This document shows positions 49,456 through 59,406 of a stretch of DNA of 64,000 bases, piece by piece (positions within the stretch are counted from its first letter, which is position 1; each line of letters starts with the position of its first letter). Below the pieces are notes generated by a model. That model had not been told where the DNA came from. It was given only the letters and a program-made list of their open reading frames with translations, and did no database searches. Source of the stretch: Candidatus Babeliales bacterium. GTDB lineage: Bacteria; Babelota; Babeliae; Babelales; JANWKD01. The stretch spans positions 448,001 to 512,000 of the forward strand of contig CAVXJH010000006.1 of the NCBI GenBank assembly GCA_963762115.1, in the 5' to 3' direction. A program made the translations under genes and the position numbers.

Positions 49456-51000
49456 GAATAGAATTGTGTTGCAAAGCCCCTGAGTTGCTAATGTTTTTCC
49501 ACTTGGTGAAAAATCAATGCAATCTTTTGCGTAGTTCCAAAAAATTTTTATACAATAACCATCTTGGGTATCAAACAATTGTATCGGGCTAGGATTTGCA
49601 AAAGATACTGCCAACATGGTGCCATCGGGCGATAATTTTAATTGTGTTATTCGAGGGGGCATTCCATAGTATGGGATGACTTGTTTACAGTCTATTTTAT
49701 TGAAGGTGATTTGGTCATCAATATTCCAAAAAGATATTTGTGCCCGATTATTGCCAGAAAATAATGTTTTTCTATCTTTTGAAAGGCAAAGAGCAGTAAT
49801 CACAGAATGACTAAGAAATACTTTTTCAATATGAGGGTCATCAATTTTTAATACATCAATGCTTCCTGCGCAGCCTAAAAATAAACAATTTCTTTTTGGG
49901 TCTGCCACCACTGCATTAATGTTTTTAGTATGAGTATATTCTTCCAAGATAGCAGTTAATTCATCAGAATTTTCAGCGGTTTCATTTAGAAGATTCCATA
50001 TTGAAATTTTATTTTCGCCAAATATGCATACAGCTTTTTTTTCAGGTATATGCAATAAATTATGAGGTATGCGTGATGTTTTTATTGTATTGCCGCTGCA
50101 AATAGATTTTTTATCACAATCAATGGTCCGTAAAAGACGATGAGGATATTGACAATAATGTATAACATTCTCATCAGAAAAAATCATTGATAAAGAGCGA
50201 GATATTGGCTTTTTTATTAAATCGGTAAGCGTAGTATCTTCTAAAACTGTTATTTGTATACCATTGGTGTTGCAAGTGCATGCTAATGATTCTCCCTTTG
50301 GGGGATAACATAATGATATTATTTCGCCTCCAAGTTCAATTTTTTTAGATGTATCAGAAATGCAGACAAGCAATTGTTTTAAATGGCGAGAATGATCTAA
50401 AAAATGATTTCCTACGCCTACTGAAAGTTCAGAAACGGTTATATTTTCTAATAATGCAATAGCCTGGTCACTTTTATCTTCTAATGATAATGATTTTGCA
50501 CGTTGATAAACTTGATGTGCGCATGCATCAAGCAAGAGAGGGCAACTGAAGAAATTTGCATCATTCATAAGTTCAATATACGTTTGCTCAGATTGTTTGG
50601 CATCGGTCAAATATTTTTTAAGCTGTTTTTTTTGTTTTTTTGGACCTTCTTGCTCCAGGCTAGCAAGAAGCATTGCTGATTCTTCAATGGTTTGTAACTG
50701 TTGTTTTGAAATTTGAGATTCTTGCAAAGTAATGGCAGAGTTTTGATCAAAAGTATATTGATCATGTAAGATGCCAACATAACGAAGTTGTGGAAGACTC
50801 CATGGTGATGAGTAGACAACTTCTTGACGATCATTTTCTAGATTTACGGTAATGGGAATGGCAGTATCATCATGCACAAGGTTAGGCATTTTTCGATTGG
50901 ATTTTTTTGTTAATTCCATTGCATGAGAATTTTGTAGCGCTGAGAATAAGAAGAGAGCAGAAAAAAGATATATTTTTGTTATCATGGATGATGCTTTCAT
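49243..51000 (-). CDS. secreted Skp1/BTB-like + WD40 protein (array copy 1)
   Basis: SHA|ME; LMNDANFFSCPLLLDAC; ISIWN, ISFWN, LSPDGTML, FSPSGKTLA. Confidence 0.72.
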   Translation of the reverse strand: MKASSMITKIYLFSALFLFSALQNSHAMELTKKSNRKMPNLVHDDTAIPITVNLENDRQEVVYSSPWSLPQLRYVGILHDQYTFDQNSAITLQESQISKQQLQTIEESAMLLASLEQEGPKKQKKQLKKYLTDAKQSEQTYIELMNDANFFSCPLLLDACAHQVYQRAKSLSLEDKSDQAIALLENITVSELSVGVGNHFLDHSRHLKQLLVCISDTSKKIELGGEIISLCYPPKGESLACTCNTNGIQITVLEDTTLTDLIKKPISRSLSMIFSDENVIHYCQYPHRLLRTIDCDKKSICSGNTIKTSRIPHNLLHIPEKKAVCIFGENKISIWNLLNETAENSDELTAILEEYTHTKNINAVVADPKRNCLFLGCAGSIDVLKIDDPHIEKVFLSHSVITALCLSKDRKTLFSGNNRAQISFWNIDDQITFNKIDCKQVIPYYGMPPRITQLKLSPDGTMLAVSFANPSPIQLFDTQDGYCIKIFWNYAKDCIDFSPSGKTLATQGLCNTILFNNLYNEELYKKLHRLPAEHIAVLDYCAQKALNNQSIELSEKSQRLFDELPEEIKSGITKINQFRQEGSYK

Positions 51001-51136
51001 TACAAAGATGTTTTTATTGGCTTTATGCTCTCAGATTTTTATGAAAAGTCAATTTTATATTTGTATGTTTGCAGTTGTTTTAGCAGCTTGTTACGCTATT
51101 GAAAATATTTTTTTGCTTATCTTTTGGAGAGTAGCT

Positions 51137-52999
51137 ATGAATAATGTACAAGCATTTTTAGAACACAGTGCTTATAATATGCGTGTTTCAACATTAAAAA
51201 TGACAACGCAAGCTGGATCAGGTCATCCAACATCTGCATTGTCAGCTGCAGATTTAGTTGCAGCACTTTTTTTTTATGCCATGCATTTTGATCCTCAAAA
51301 TCCACAGAATCCTAATAATGATCGTTTTATTCTTTCAAAAGGTCATGCATCACCTATTTTATATGCCGTATGGAAAGAATTGGGTGTTTTATCTGAACAA
51401 GATTTGATGACGTATCGTCAGTTTGATTCTTGTCTTGAAGGGCATCCGACGCCACATTTTACACGTTCTGAAGCAGCAACCGGTTCATTGGGTCAAGGTC
51501 TTTCAATTGGTGTTGGCATGGCTTTGAGTGCGCGCATTGATCAACGCGACTTTTATACGTATGTCATGCTTGGTGATAGTGAAGTTGCTGAAGGTTCAAT
51601 TTGGGAAGCGGCGGAATTAGCATCATTTTATAAGTTGGATCATCTTATTGCTATTTTGGATTGTAATCGACTTGGGCAAACAACCGAAACGATGGAAGGT
51701 CATGATGTAGGCATTTTTGTTGAACGTTTTGCTGCTTTTGGTTGGCATACTTTGGTGGTTAATGGGCATGATATACATGATATAGTTATTGCGTTCGATG
51801 AAGCAAAAAAGATGTGCGATAAGCCAATTATTATTATTGCAAAAACGCTCAAAGGGTTTGGTGTTGAAAAGGCTGAAAATAAAAATGGTTTTCATGGTAA
51901 AGCATTTAGTAAAGAAGAACTTCCTTTAATTTTGCAAAATATGCAAGAACGGTTTTCTGATGCAGCCAAAAAAACTAATTATGCGTGGGAACCACAATTG
52001 CCAATACAAAAAAACAAAAAAAATGATGGAAAAGAAGGCTTAAAATTTAATATTCCGACGTTTGAGTCGGATAAAAAAATTTCAACGCGAAAAGCATATG
52101 GTTTAGCATTAGCAGAACTTGGCGCATGTATGGCAGAAGTAGTAAGTCTTGATGCTGAAGTTAAGAATTCGACGTATGCTGAATTCTTTGCCGAAAAATT
52201 TCCTGATCGATTTATACAATCATTTATAGCTGAGCAAAATATGATTGGCATGGCTGTAGGATTGGCTGCACGAGGAAAAGTTCCTTTTGCTTCAACATTT
52301 GCTGTTTTTTTTACACGAGCATTTGATCAAATTCGTATGGCAGCAATTGGTCGTGCACCATTGCGACTTGTTGGTTCGCATGCAGGTGTTTCAATTGGCC
52401 AAGATGGCCCATCGCAGATGGGGTTGGAAGATATTGCTATGATGCGCACTATTCCTCATTCAGTTGTTTTGTATCCTTGCGATGCGGTGAGCACCGTTAA
52501 ATTAGTTGAGCTTATGGCAAATCGTTCAACGGGAATTTCCTATTTGCGCACAACACGTGCAGAAACGCCACAACTTTATGATGCCAATGAAATATTTGAA
52601 ATTGGTGGCTGCAAAATTCTTAAACAAAGTGATCATGATGTTGCTTGTATTATAGCAGCGGGTATCACGCTATTTGAAGCGCTCAAAGCGTATGAACAAT
52701 TACAAAAAGAGGGTATCGCTATTGCTATTATTGATCTGTATTCCATAAAACCATTAGATAGTGAAACACTTTTGAGCGTTGCGCAAAAAGCGGGAAAAAA
52801 TATCATTACGGTGGAAGATCATTATCGTGAGGGTGGATTAGGCGAGGCGGTTGTGTATGCTCTACACAATCAAGATGTACAAATTAAGTGTTTGGCTGTT
52901 GATAAGCTTCCTCGCTCTGGAAAGCCTGAAGAGTTACTTGCTTATGAAGGTATTGATGCTGCTGCAATTATTAAATCAGTTCAGAAGTTTTTAAAGTAA
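51137..52999 (+). CDS. tkt: transketolase (single-chain, animal-TKT-like type)
   Basis: GSGHPTS, DRFILSKGHA, GSLGQG, GDSE-x-EGSIWE ThDP motif, SHAGVSIGQDGPSQM; start set at ATG 51137 after GGAG. Confidence 0.95.
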   Translation: MNNVQAFLEHSAYNMRVSTLKMTTQAGSGHPTSALSAADLVAALFFYAMHFDPQNPQNPNNDRFILSKGHASPILYAVWKELGVLSEQDLMTYRQFDSCLEGHPTPHFTRSEAATGSLGQGLSIGVGMALSARIDQRDFYTYVMLGDSEVAEGSIWEAAELASFYKLDHLIAILDCNRLGQTTETMEGHDVGIFVERFAAFGWHTLVVNGHDIHDIVIAFDEAKKMCDKPIIIIAKTLKGFGVEKAENKNGFHGKAFSKEELPLILQNMQERFSDAAKKTNYAWEPQLPIQKNKKNDGKEGLKFNIPTFESDKKISTRKAYGLALAELGACMAEVVSLDAEVKNSTYAEFFAEKFPDRFIQSFIAEQNMIGMAVGLAARGKVPFASTFAVFFTRAFDQIRMAAIGRAPLRLVGSHAGVSIGQDGPSQMGLEDIAMMRTIPHSVVLYPCDAVSTVKLVELMANRSTGISYLRTTRAETPQLYDANEIFEIGGCKILKQSDHDVACIIAAGITLFEALKAYEQLQKEGIAIAIIDLYSIKPLDSETLLSVAQKAGKNIITVEDHYREGGLGEAVVYALHNQDVQIKCLAVDKLPRSGKPEELLAYEGIDAAAIIKSVQKFLK

Positions 53000-53189
53000 T
53001 ACATTGTTTAAATTGATATTTTATTTTGATTGTCATACATATTGAGTATTAAATAAAAAACTTGTGCGAAGTGGCATATGTTGCCCCTCTACTATAAAGC
53101 ACTTTTTTGTGTTATATTGAAAGTGTTTTATAGTATATTATGTTCAAAAAAATCAATGATAGAAATTATTTTTTTGAATAAGAGGTTGT

Positions 53190-56100
53190 ATGCATAATCG
53201 TTTCTCGTCAATTTTTTCATGGTCTTTTCTGAGTGTTTTTCTAGTAGCGCTTTCTCTTTTTTCTGATGTCTTTTGTATGTCTGGTGAGTTGAGCAAAGAG
53301 CGTCAAGAATGGCTTATCAAAACATCTCAACAGGCTCCTGAATATATAAAAATTATGAATCAAGGAGTTGAGGAGTCAGCTCAAATTGTAGCAGAGGCTT
53401 TGATTACTAGTCAAAAACCAAAAAAAAAGATAGATGAACTAAATGGTTTTTCTGTTAAAGCTGCCGTGCAAATTGCTTCAACGGTACAGTTAATGTCTCA
53501 AGATAATTCTGCAAAATTTGATTTTCGATGGCATCAAAAAAAGAGCGGACCCATAGCTACCATCGCCTTATTGAATGATCCTAAATTGCAAGGAGTTCTT
53601 CAAAAAAATTATCCTGGAAAAAAATTAAATGCTTTAAAGAAGAAATATAAAAAAAATGAAAAGGTGCCAGTTTGTGCTCGATGGCAGCCTATGCAATTAC
53701 CTAAAGATATTTCTGAAAAAGATTTTTGGAATCCTTCACAAGAATTTGGTGAGCAAGAAGATTTTGATTGTTCTTTGCGAAGATTGGGTATCGAAGCATG
53801 CACAGAAGATCCAGAAGCCATTAAAAAACAAAATGAAAAGTATGCTAAAAAAGAAGAAAATTTAAAGCCTTTAAAAGAAGCTGCTCTTGTATGGGAGAGA
53901 CAAGATGATAAAAGTGATGATGGCAAGAAGGTAAAACTTCAAGTAAATGATAAAGATGAGTCTGAGCAAAAAGCATGGCAGCAATTTTCATATAGTTTTA
54001 TGAGGGTTCTTCATCGTCACAATCAAGCTTTAGTTAACGCAGCTTTTTATGAGCGAAAAGAAGATGTGTCGAATATGCTTCATAGTTTATATCAAGCACA
54101 GGCTATAAAAAATGCTTTATTTGCTTTGCCAAACTATCATGAAGCTAAAGATAAGCAATCAAAAATATATTCCAATATAGTGCATCCTGGATTGTCCGAA
54201 GATTTATACACCGTGCATAGTTTTTTGGCAGATAAAAAAGAGGCTCAATTAGTTGTTGAGAGGCCATTGTCAAAAAAAGAGTGGATTGTTTTTGGGTGTA
54301 AGTTGGGCAAAGCTGTTTTAAATAATCCTTCAACAATAAAAGCATTATTAAAGCAAGATTCTTTGCATGAAGTGTTAGATAGTGAGGTAATGAAACGCTA
54401 TGTTGCAGGCTCACGGATACATACGTTTTTGGAGAAAAGTGGTAAGTGGGTAGATTTTTTTGACAATCATACTCGTTTAAAAGCTATGATTACCCCATTT
54501 GGTAGATATTTTATTAGGCCAACGCTAAAAGGGATTCTTTCTTTTACAAAGCATCGATTAGAAAGTAAAAAAGAAGAAAATAAACACACAATTCCTGTTT
54601 TGCAAAATACCTTAGATGCTTATGTGCTGGCTTTAAAGGATGAATATCAAAGAGCAAAAAAGATGATTGGCAATGATTCTGAAAATGTTCTTGTAGATGA
54701 ATATATGCAATTGCTTTTTAAGCAAGCCCAATTGCATTGTAAACAACATCAAATTATTCCATTCCCAAAAGAAGAAGTAGAAGAATTAAAAAAAAGTGTT
54801 ACATGGTTTGCTTCTGACGAGTTATTAAAAATGTTATCAGAAGAAGAAAAAAAGGAGCAAAGAGACTTTCTTGATTGTATTAATTTTTGGTTGCAATTTT
54901 ATGATGAAAAGATAAAACAATCTGGGTCATTAGGTGTTGTTTCTTTAGACGGTGCCACCAAAGAATATAATAAAAGTAAAAAAGATTTATTGGCTATAAG
55001 TTGTCAGATGCCGGTCATTGACAAGCCTATTAAAAAATCTCGTTGGAAGTTGCCTGTACCTGATGATTTATCGGTAGTTAAAGAAGTTGAAAAATTAGAG
55101 CAAAAAGCACAAAAGGATCAGGCAGAAGTTAGGCAAAAAAAACAAAAAGCAGTAGGGCAAAAATATTTTTCTTTACAACAATCTAAGGCATATCATACCC
55201 CAGAAGATTTTTTGGTTCCTAATAATCATATTGATCAAGAATTACGGGCATTTATTAAAGAACATTCAGATCAATATCGTTCTTTTTTTGATACTCATCA
55301 TCAATTATTAACTTTATTAAAGATTTCAACAGAAACATTTTTGAATATTTTTATAAAAGCTACATTAAATAAAGAATCTGAAGCAATTAGATTGCATAGA
55401 GATAATCTAGGGGATCAACTTGTAGAGCTGTTGCTTGAACAAAGACATATAGAAGAAGAACAAGAAAATTTAGAAAAAAAACGTGCCCATTTTTTTAATA
55501 GTTATTTTGCAAAAGGGGCACGACAAGCAAGAAGCTTCTTTAATTATTTCTATTCATTTATAAAAGATCACTATATACAGTGGCGTTTGAAGAAAACTAC
55601 TGTTACAAAAGATAGCATTAATAATAATTTGAAAGTGCTTAGAGCAGAAATTAAAAAGTTGAAGGGGACTCAAGAGTATATGGCATTTGATCAAATGTAC
55701 CGTTCAAGAATACATCAGCCATATATTACCGATCCACTTTTAGAGAAAAAAATAAAAACGTTAGTACGAGTTATAGACCCATTGTTTGAATATGCATTAT
55801 CTCCTGAAAAGCGATCGAAGAAACAATCATTAGATGAATTTATTGCCAAAAGGCAGCATAGAAAGCCTTTTTTAGTTAAATCACTTCCAATATATGATGA
55901 TGTGGCTCATGTGGCGGTGCCAAGACAAGGAGGAGCTGAATGTGCAATCCATGCTTTATTGAATGGGTTTGCATTATGTGAAAATGATATTAATTTTACT
56001 GAAAAACATTTAGGTGAATGTAGATTATTAGTGAAAAAAATTCGGCTTGCTTCAAAGATAAAATTGAAATTGCTAAAGAAAAATAAAAAAGGTTTTTCCA

Positions 56101-57008
56101 AAGATGGAAAAGTAGTTTTGCCTCTTGATGATGAATTAGCTATTGATCAAATAGTGTATCAAATACGCGATGATGATCCTCGTTTGAAAAAATATACTAG
56201 TGATTGGCTTGAGCCAGTGGAAACTACAAGATTGAATCGGTTGCTATTAGAAAGATTGCATTTACAAAAAAATGAAGTTGTTTTTATTACGGATTTATCA
56301 TGTTATTTAGATGGTGGAAAAACTATAAATCTTCAAGAAGCACGTAAGATTAGAAATATTCAAGCCGCTTTACAAGGTCATGGAAATTATAAATGTTCGA
56401 TTCAACTTAATAATTTTGTAAGTCATGAACGAACCTGTGGTGATAATGGTCATTATGTAACGCTTTATATCGAAAAAAATGGTTTAGAGATTATCTATAA
56501 AATGGCAAATTCATATCCTGAAATTTCATCGGAACAAATTTTTAATAATTTTATGAAGGTTATTCATACGCTTGATTTTCAAAATGTTGTAAAAGAAGAA
56601 AACGAAGAAAAAGTAGCGGATTTGTTAAGTCGTTTAGATTTTAAAAAAGTATTTATTGATAAAAGATTAAATCAAAATACAGCTCAAGCAAGTAAAAATG
56701 GTATTGAACAAAATAAGCGAAATATATGTTCAAAGAATGATCTTGGAGATGATTCATTGGTTGATTGGATCTTAGAGGGCGTGCGAAATAGTATTCTTTT
56801 AACTAAAGGAAAAGCTTTGTGGACGAATTCAGGGTTCAAGGATACAAGAGCAATACTATTAGATACTCTTGATGCACTTGAGTCTGCTCAAAGTAAGGTT
56901 GTAAAAGTTTATAAGGACTCATCAGAAGTTCCGCAGATGGTTATCTTAACTAATGAGCAAAAAGAATTTATAGCCGAAGTAAGACGTGCTTTTGCAATGG
57001 AAAATTAA
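53190..57008 (+). CDS. large secreted coiled-coil protein with candidate C-terminal cysteine-protease domain
   Basis: 1272-aa ORF, GAGG SD, signal peptide ending VFC|M; RQGGAECAIHAL...GHYVTL...ANS. Confidence 0.7.
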   Translation: MHNRFSSIFSWSFLSVFLVALSLFSDVFCMSGELSKERQEWLIKTSQQAPEYIKIMNQGVEESAQIVAEALITSQKPKKKIDELNGFSVKAAVQIASTVQLMSQDNSAKFDFRWHQKKSGPIATIALLNDPKLQGVLQKNYPGKKLNALKKKYKKNEKVPVCARWQPMQLPKDISEKDFWNPSQEFGEQEDFDCSLRRLGIEACTEDPEAIKKQNEKYAKKEENLKPLKEAALVWERQDDKSDDGKKVKLQVNDKDESEQKAWQQFSYSFMRVLHRHNQALVNAAFYERKEDVSNMLHSLYQAQAIKNALFALPNYHEAKDKQSKIYSNIVHPGLSEDLYTVHSFLADKKEAQLVVERPLSKKEWIVFGCKLGKAVLNNPSTIKALLKQDSLHEVLDSEVMKRYVAGSRIHTFLEKSGKWVDFFDNHTRLKAMITPFGRYFIRPTLKGILSFTKHRLESKKEENKHTIPVLQNTLDAYVLALKDEYQRAKKMIGNDSENVLVDEYMQLLFKQAQLHCKQHQIIPFPKEEVEELKKSVTWFASDELLKMLSEEEKKEQRDFLDCINFWLQFYDEKIKQSGSLGVVSLDGATKEYNKSKKDLLAISCQMPVIDKPIKKSRWKLPVPDDLSVVKEVEKLEQKAQKDQAEVRQKKQKAVGQKYFSLQQSKAYHTPEDFLVPNNHIDQELRAFIKEHSDQYRSFFDTHHQLLTLLKISTETFLNIFIKATLNKESEAIRLHRDNLGDQLVELLLEQRHIEEEQENLEKKRAHFFNSYFAKGARQARSFFNYFYSFIKDHYIQWRLKKTTVTKDSINNNLKVLRAEIKKLKGTQEYMAFDQMYRSRIHQPYITDPLLEKKIKTLVRVIDPLFEYALSPEKRSKKQSLDEFIAKRQHRKPFLVKSLPIYDDVAHVAVPRQGGAECAIHALLNGFALCENDINFTEKHLGECRLLVKKIRLASKIKLKLLKKNKKGFSKDGKVVLPLDDELAIDQIVYQIRDDDPRLKKYTSDWLEPVETTRLNRLLLERLHLQKNEVVFITDLSCYLDGGKTINLQEARKIRNIQAALQGHGNYKCSIQLNNFVSHERTCGDNGHYVTLYIEKNGLEIIYKMANSYPEISSEQIFNNFMKVIHTLDFQNVVKEENEEKVADLLSRLDFKKVFIDKRLNQNTAQASKNGIEQNKRNICSKNDLGDDSLVDWILEGVRNSILLTKGKALWTNSGFKDTRAILLDTLDALESAQSKVVKVYKDSSEVPQMVILTNEQKEFIAEVRRAFAMEN

Positions 57009-57012
57009 TTAT

Positions 57013-57924
57013 TCATTTTGTTTTAACAAAAAGTAATTGTGGCTTCTCATCAATATCATTATCATGCCAATTTTTGATTGTATGTAACATGTCAGGTAGA
57101 CATTTTAAAAACTTGTGAAAAAGAAAATCAATGTGCATTAATCCTTTTCCATCTAATTTAATCTCAATTTGCCGAACTTTTGTGCAATGATCAGGAAAGC
57201 AGCGTCCTGAAAAAAAGGTGAGCGGTTTGAGCATTTTATGTTTCTTGCGCCAATAATGAAATCCTTGCGGATCCAATACTTGAATGCTATCAGAACGAGA
57301 ATAGAATGAATAAATCGTGGTAAATAAATCATCATGGGCATAGCAGGCTGTTTGCTCTTGAATTGGGCATGCCAGTAAAATAAGTTCATCAATGCAAAGT
57401 TTGTTATTATAATCTTTAATTTTTGCCATATTAAGAGCAACATTGCCGCCATGACTGTGCGTTATAATTCTGATAGAGGGTTTTTGGTGGTACGTTTCTT
57501 CATATTCTTTTATAAGAATTTGTATCGCTTGATACAATTCTCGCGCAGCTTTAATACGTGCTTTAAAATTTAATTTCCCTGACCAGCCAAAAAAATAAAA
57601 GGTTTCGAATGAAAATAGGTCTGGTGCATGCGTGTGTAATAATTCAGCAATAGAGCGGAGATGATATTTTTTTTCAAATTTTTTTGCAGGATTAAGGCCT
57701 GGCAAACAATAAAAGAAGTTATGAAAAAAGTATTTTGAAAAAAAGGCTCTTGTGCCATGAACCCAAATGGTTATTGAAGGGGGTGCTTGAGGAACACTGC
57801 ATGCGTCATGTGTTTTTTGTCGGTCATTGAGATGGAGATACGAGCACTTTTCAAGATTAAGAGAACGGCAACTAGCCACCACAATAAAAAAAAGAAGAAT
57901 GAAATAATAGTGATTCCTGTTCAT
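57013..57924 (-). CDS. alpha/beta-hydrolase fold lipoprotein
   Basis: Lipobox-like VVAS|C, WVHGT, GWSG, THSHGGN, LACP, DSIQ; distant paralog of 34923-35717. Confidence 0.75.
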   Translation of the reverse strand: MNRNHYYFILLFFIVVASCRSLNLEKCSYLHLNDRQKTHDACSVPQAPPSITIWVHGTRAFFSKYFFHNFFYCLPGLNPAKKFEKKYHLRSIAELLHTHAPDLFSFETFYFFGWSGKLNFKARIKAARELYQAIQILIKEYEETYHQKPSIRIITHSHGGNVALNMAKIKDYNNKLCIDELILLACPIQEQTACYAHDDLFTTIYSFYSRSDSIQVLDPQGFHYWRKKHKMLKPLTFFSGRCFPDHCTKVRQIEIKLDGKGLMHIDFLFHKFLKCLPDMLHTIKNWHDNDIDEKPQLLFVKTK

Positions 57925-57998
57925 GTCTTTTTCTATTTTTATTTTATACTTATGAATGTATAACAAAAATAGAAAAAATTGAGACGATTGTCGAATGG

Positions 57999-58268
57999 TT
58001 ATTTTGGCTTTATTGCTTTTCGCGCAAAAGCTTTTGTTTGTTCATTTCTTTGGGTTGTGCAGTGCTTGCAATCTTTTTTGCAGCGTAGTGGGTGAATATG
58101 AGAATAATCATCATACAAGTTAGCTATGTACACTTGAGAATAGCGTTCTGGAGATCCTGTAATGGGTAAATCTTGTTCATTCATGAGTGTCATATAACTC
58201 ATGGCTCGTATTTTGGTTGTACAAAAAGCTACAAGACATATACACAATGCATTAACTATTATATTCAT
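57999..58268 (-). CDS. small secreted hypothetical protein
   Basis: Signal peptide ending IRA|M; ATGA overlap with upstream gene; C-terminal H/C cluster (HPLRCKKDCKHC). Confidence 0.55.
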   Translation of the reverse strand: MNIIVNALCICLVAFCTTKIRAMSYMTLMNEQDLPITGSPERYSQVYIANLYDDYSHIHPLRCKKDCKHCTTQRNEQTKAFARKAIKPK

Positions 58269-58690
58269 TTGATTGCCTTTTCTATGCTAACTTTTGCTGT
58301 TGATATTCCTGGTGCAATCACAATATTGAGTGCTTCATGCTTAATAAAAAAGCTATAGAATTGTTCATTGGGGATTGTTATATCCAAGGTGTTGGCATAC
58401 GAGTGTTTGAGCACATCAACAACTTTTACTTTGGATGGTTGCCCGGGTTGTCTAAAGCCACCAACTGCCTGTTTATCAAACCAATAAAATTCGGGTATTT
58501 CTATTTTTTGCTCAGAATTAGCGTTAATGAGTAAGCCAAAGCTGCCGGCATTTGCTTGGGTGTTGACATAGCAATTAATGATAACAGGGACGTTCATATT
58601 GTTTGTTATGGTAAGAATTGGCGGTAATGCATAGGCATTATTGCAGATAAGTGCTAGCACAGTAATGGTCATTATTTTTTTTATATTCAT
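58265..58690 (-). CDS. secreted beta-rich hypothetical protein
   Basis: Signal peptide ending AYA; AAGGG SD; LTITNN strand similar to IVINNN in 63399-63746. Confidence 0.65.
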   Translation of the reverse strand: MNIKKIMTITVLALICNNAYALPPILTITNNMNVPVIINCYVNTQANAGSFGLLINANSEQKIEIPEFYWFDKQAVGGFRQPGQPSKVKVVDVLKHSYANTLDITIPNEQFYSFFIKHEALNIVIAPGISTAKVSIEKAIK

Positions 58691-58939
58691 TTTTTTCCCT
58701 TTAATACTTATTTAATAAAGGTTTCTTTTGTAAAAATCATATCTTTCTTGTGTTATAAGTGTAGCACTATCATTTAAATAAAATCAATAATTGAAATAAA
58801 AAGCAAATAAAAACAATAAAAATCTGTTGGCGAGAGAAGGTTTATTGAAAAATGCACATAGAATGTTTGATGAATTTGTGGTATACTATTGATGAATAAT
58901 AAATACATTTAAATATTACTATTTTTGCTTGCGTGTCTT

Positions 58940-59383
58940 ATGAATTATCTTTCTCTTATCTGGCTTTTATTAGCGTTTATTTTTCTTATCTTTGAACTGG
59001 GTCACCCTAGTTTGTTTTTGTATCTTTCTTTTTTTTGTGGATCGCTATTAGCATTTTGCGCATCATTTTTATCGTATTCTTTGTTTCACCAATTGATGTT
59101 TATGGTGATGGGTACTGCTATTTCTTTGATTATATTGGGTTATTTTTTGCGAAGAACAAAGCAATTAAATCTTAATAATGAACCAAAAACAAATATGTAC
59201 GCTCTACAAGGAAAGCGTGGGTATGTATTAAAGGAAATTACTCTAATAAGCATGGGTGAGGTAAAAATTGGAGCAGAGCGTTGGTCAGCACGATCGCTCC
59301 ATCAAGACGTTATTTCTGTAGGAGCATTAGTTGAAGTCGTGCAGGTAAGCGGCTGCCATTGCGTGGTAAAAATAATAAAATAA
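58940..59383 (+). CDS. NfeD-like (YbbJ) membrane protein
   Basis: WLLLA..FEL, GEVKIGAERWSARS, VEVVQVSG; directly upstream of SPFH gene. Confidence 0.88.
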   Translation: MNYLSLIWLLLAFIFLIFELGHPSLFLYLSFFCGSLLAFCASFLSYSLFHQLMFMVMGTAISLIILGYFLRRTKQLNLNNEPKTNMYALQGKRGYVLKEITLISMGEVKIGAERWSARSLHQDVISVGALVEVVQVSGCHCVVKIIK

Positions 59384-59406
59384 CTCTATTTTGTTGAAAG
59401 GTTTGT

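Noticed and set aside
50984..51136. Hydrophobic N-terminal extension of transketolase (apparent signal/TM)
   Set aside because: Overlaps the divergent gene start and promoter region; the GGAG SD supports ATG 51137
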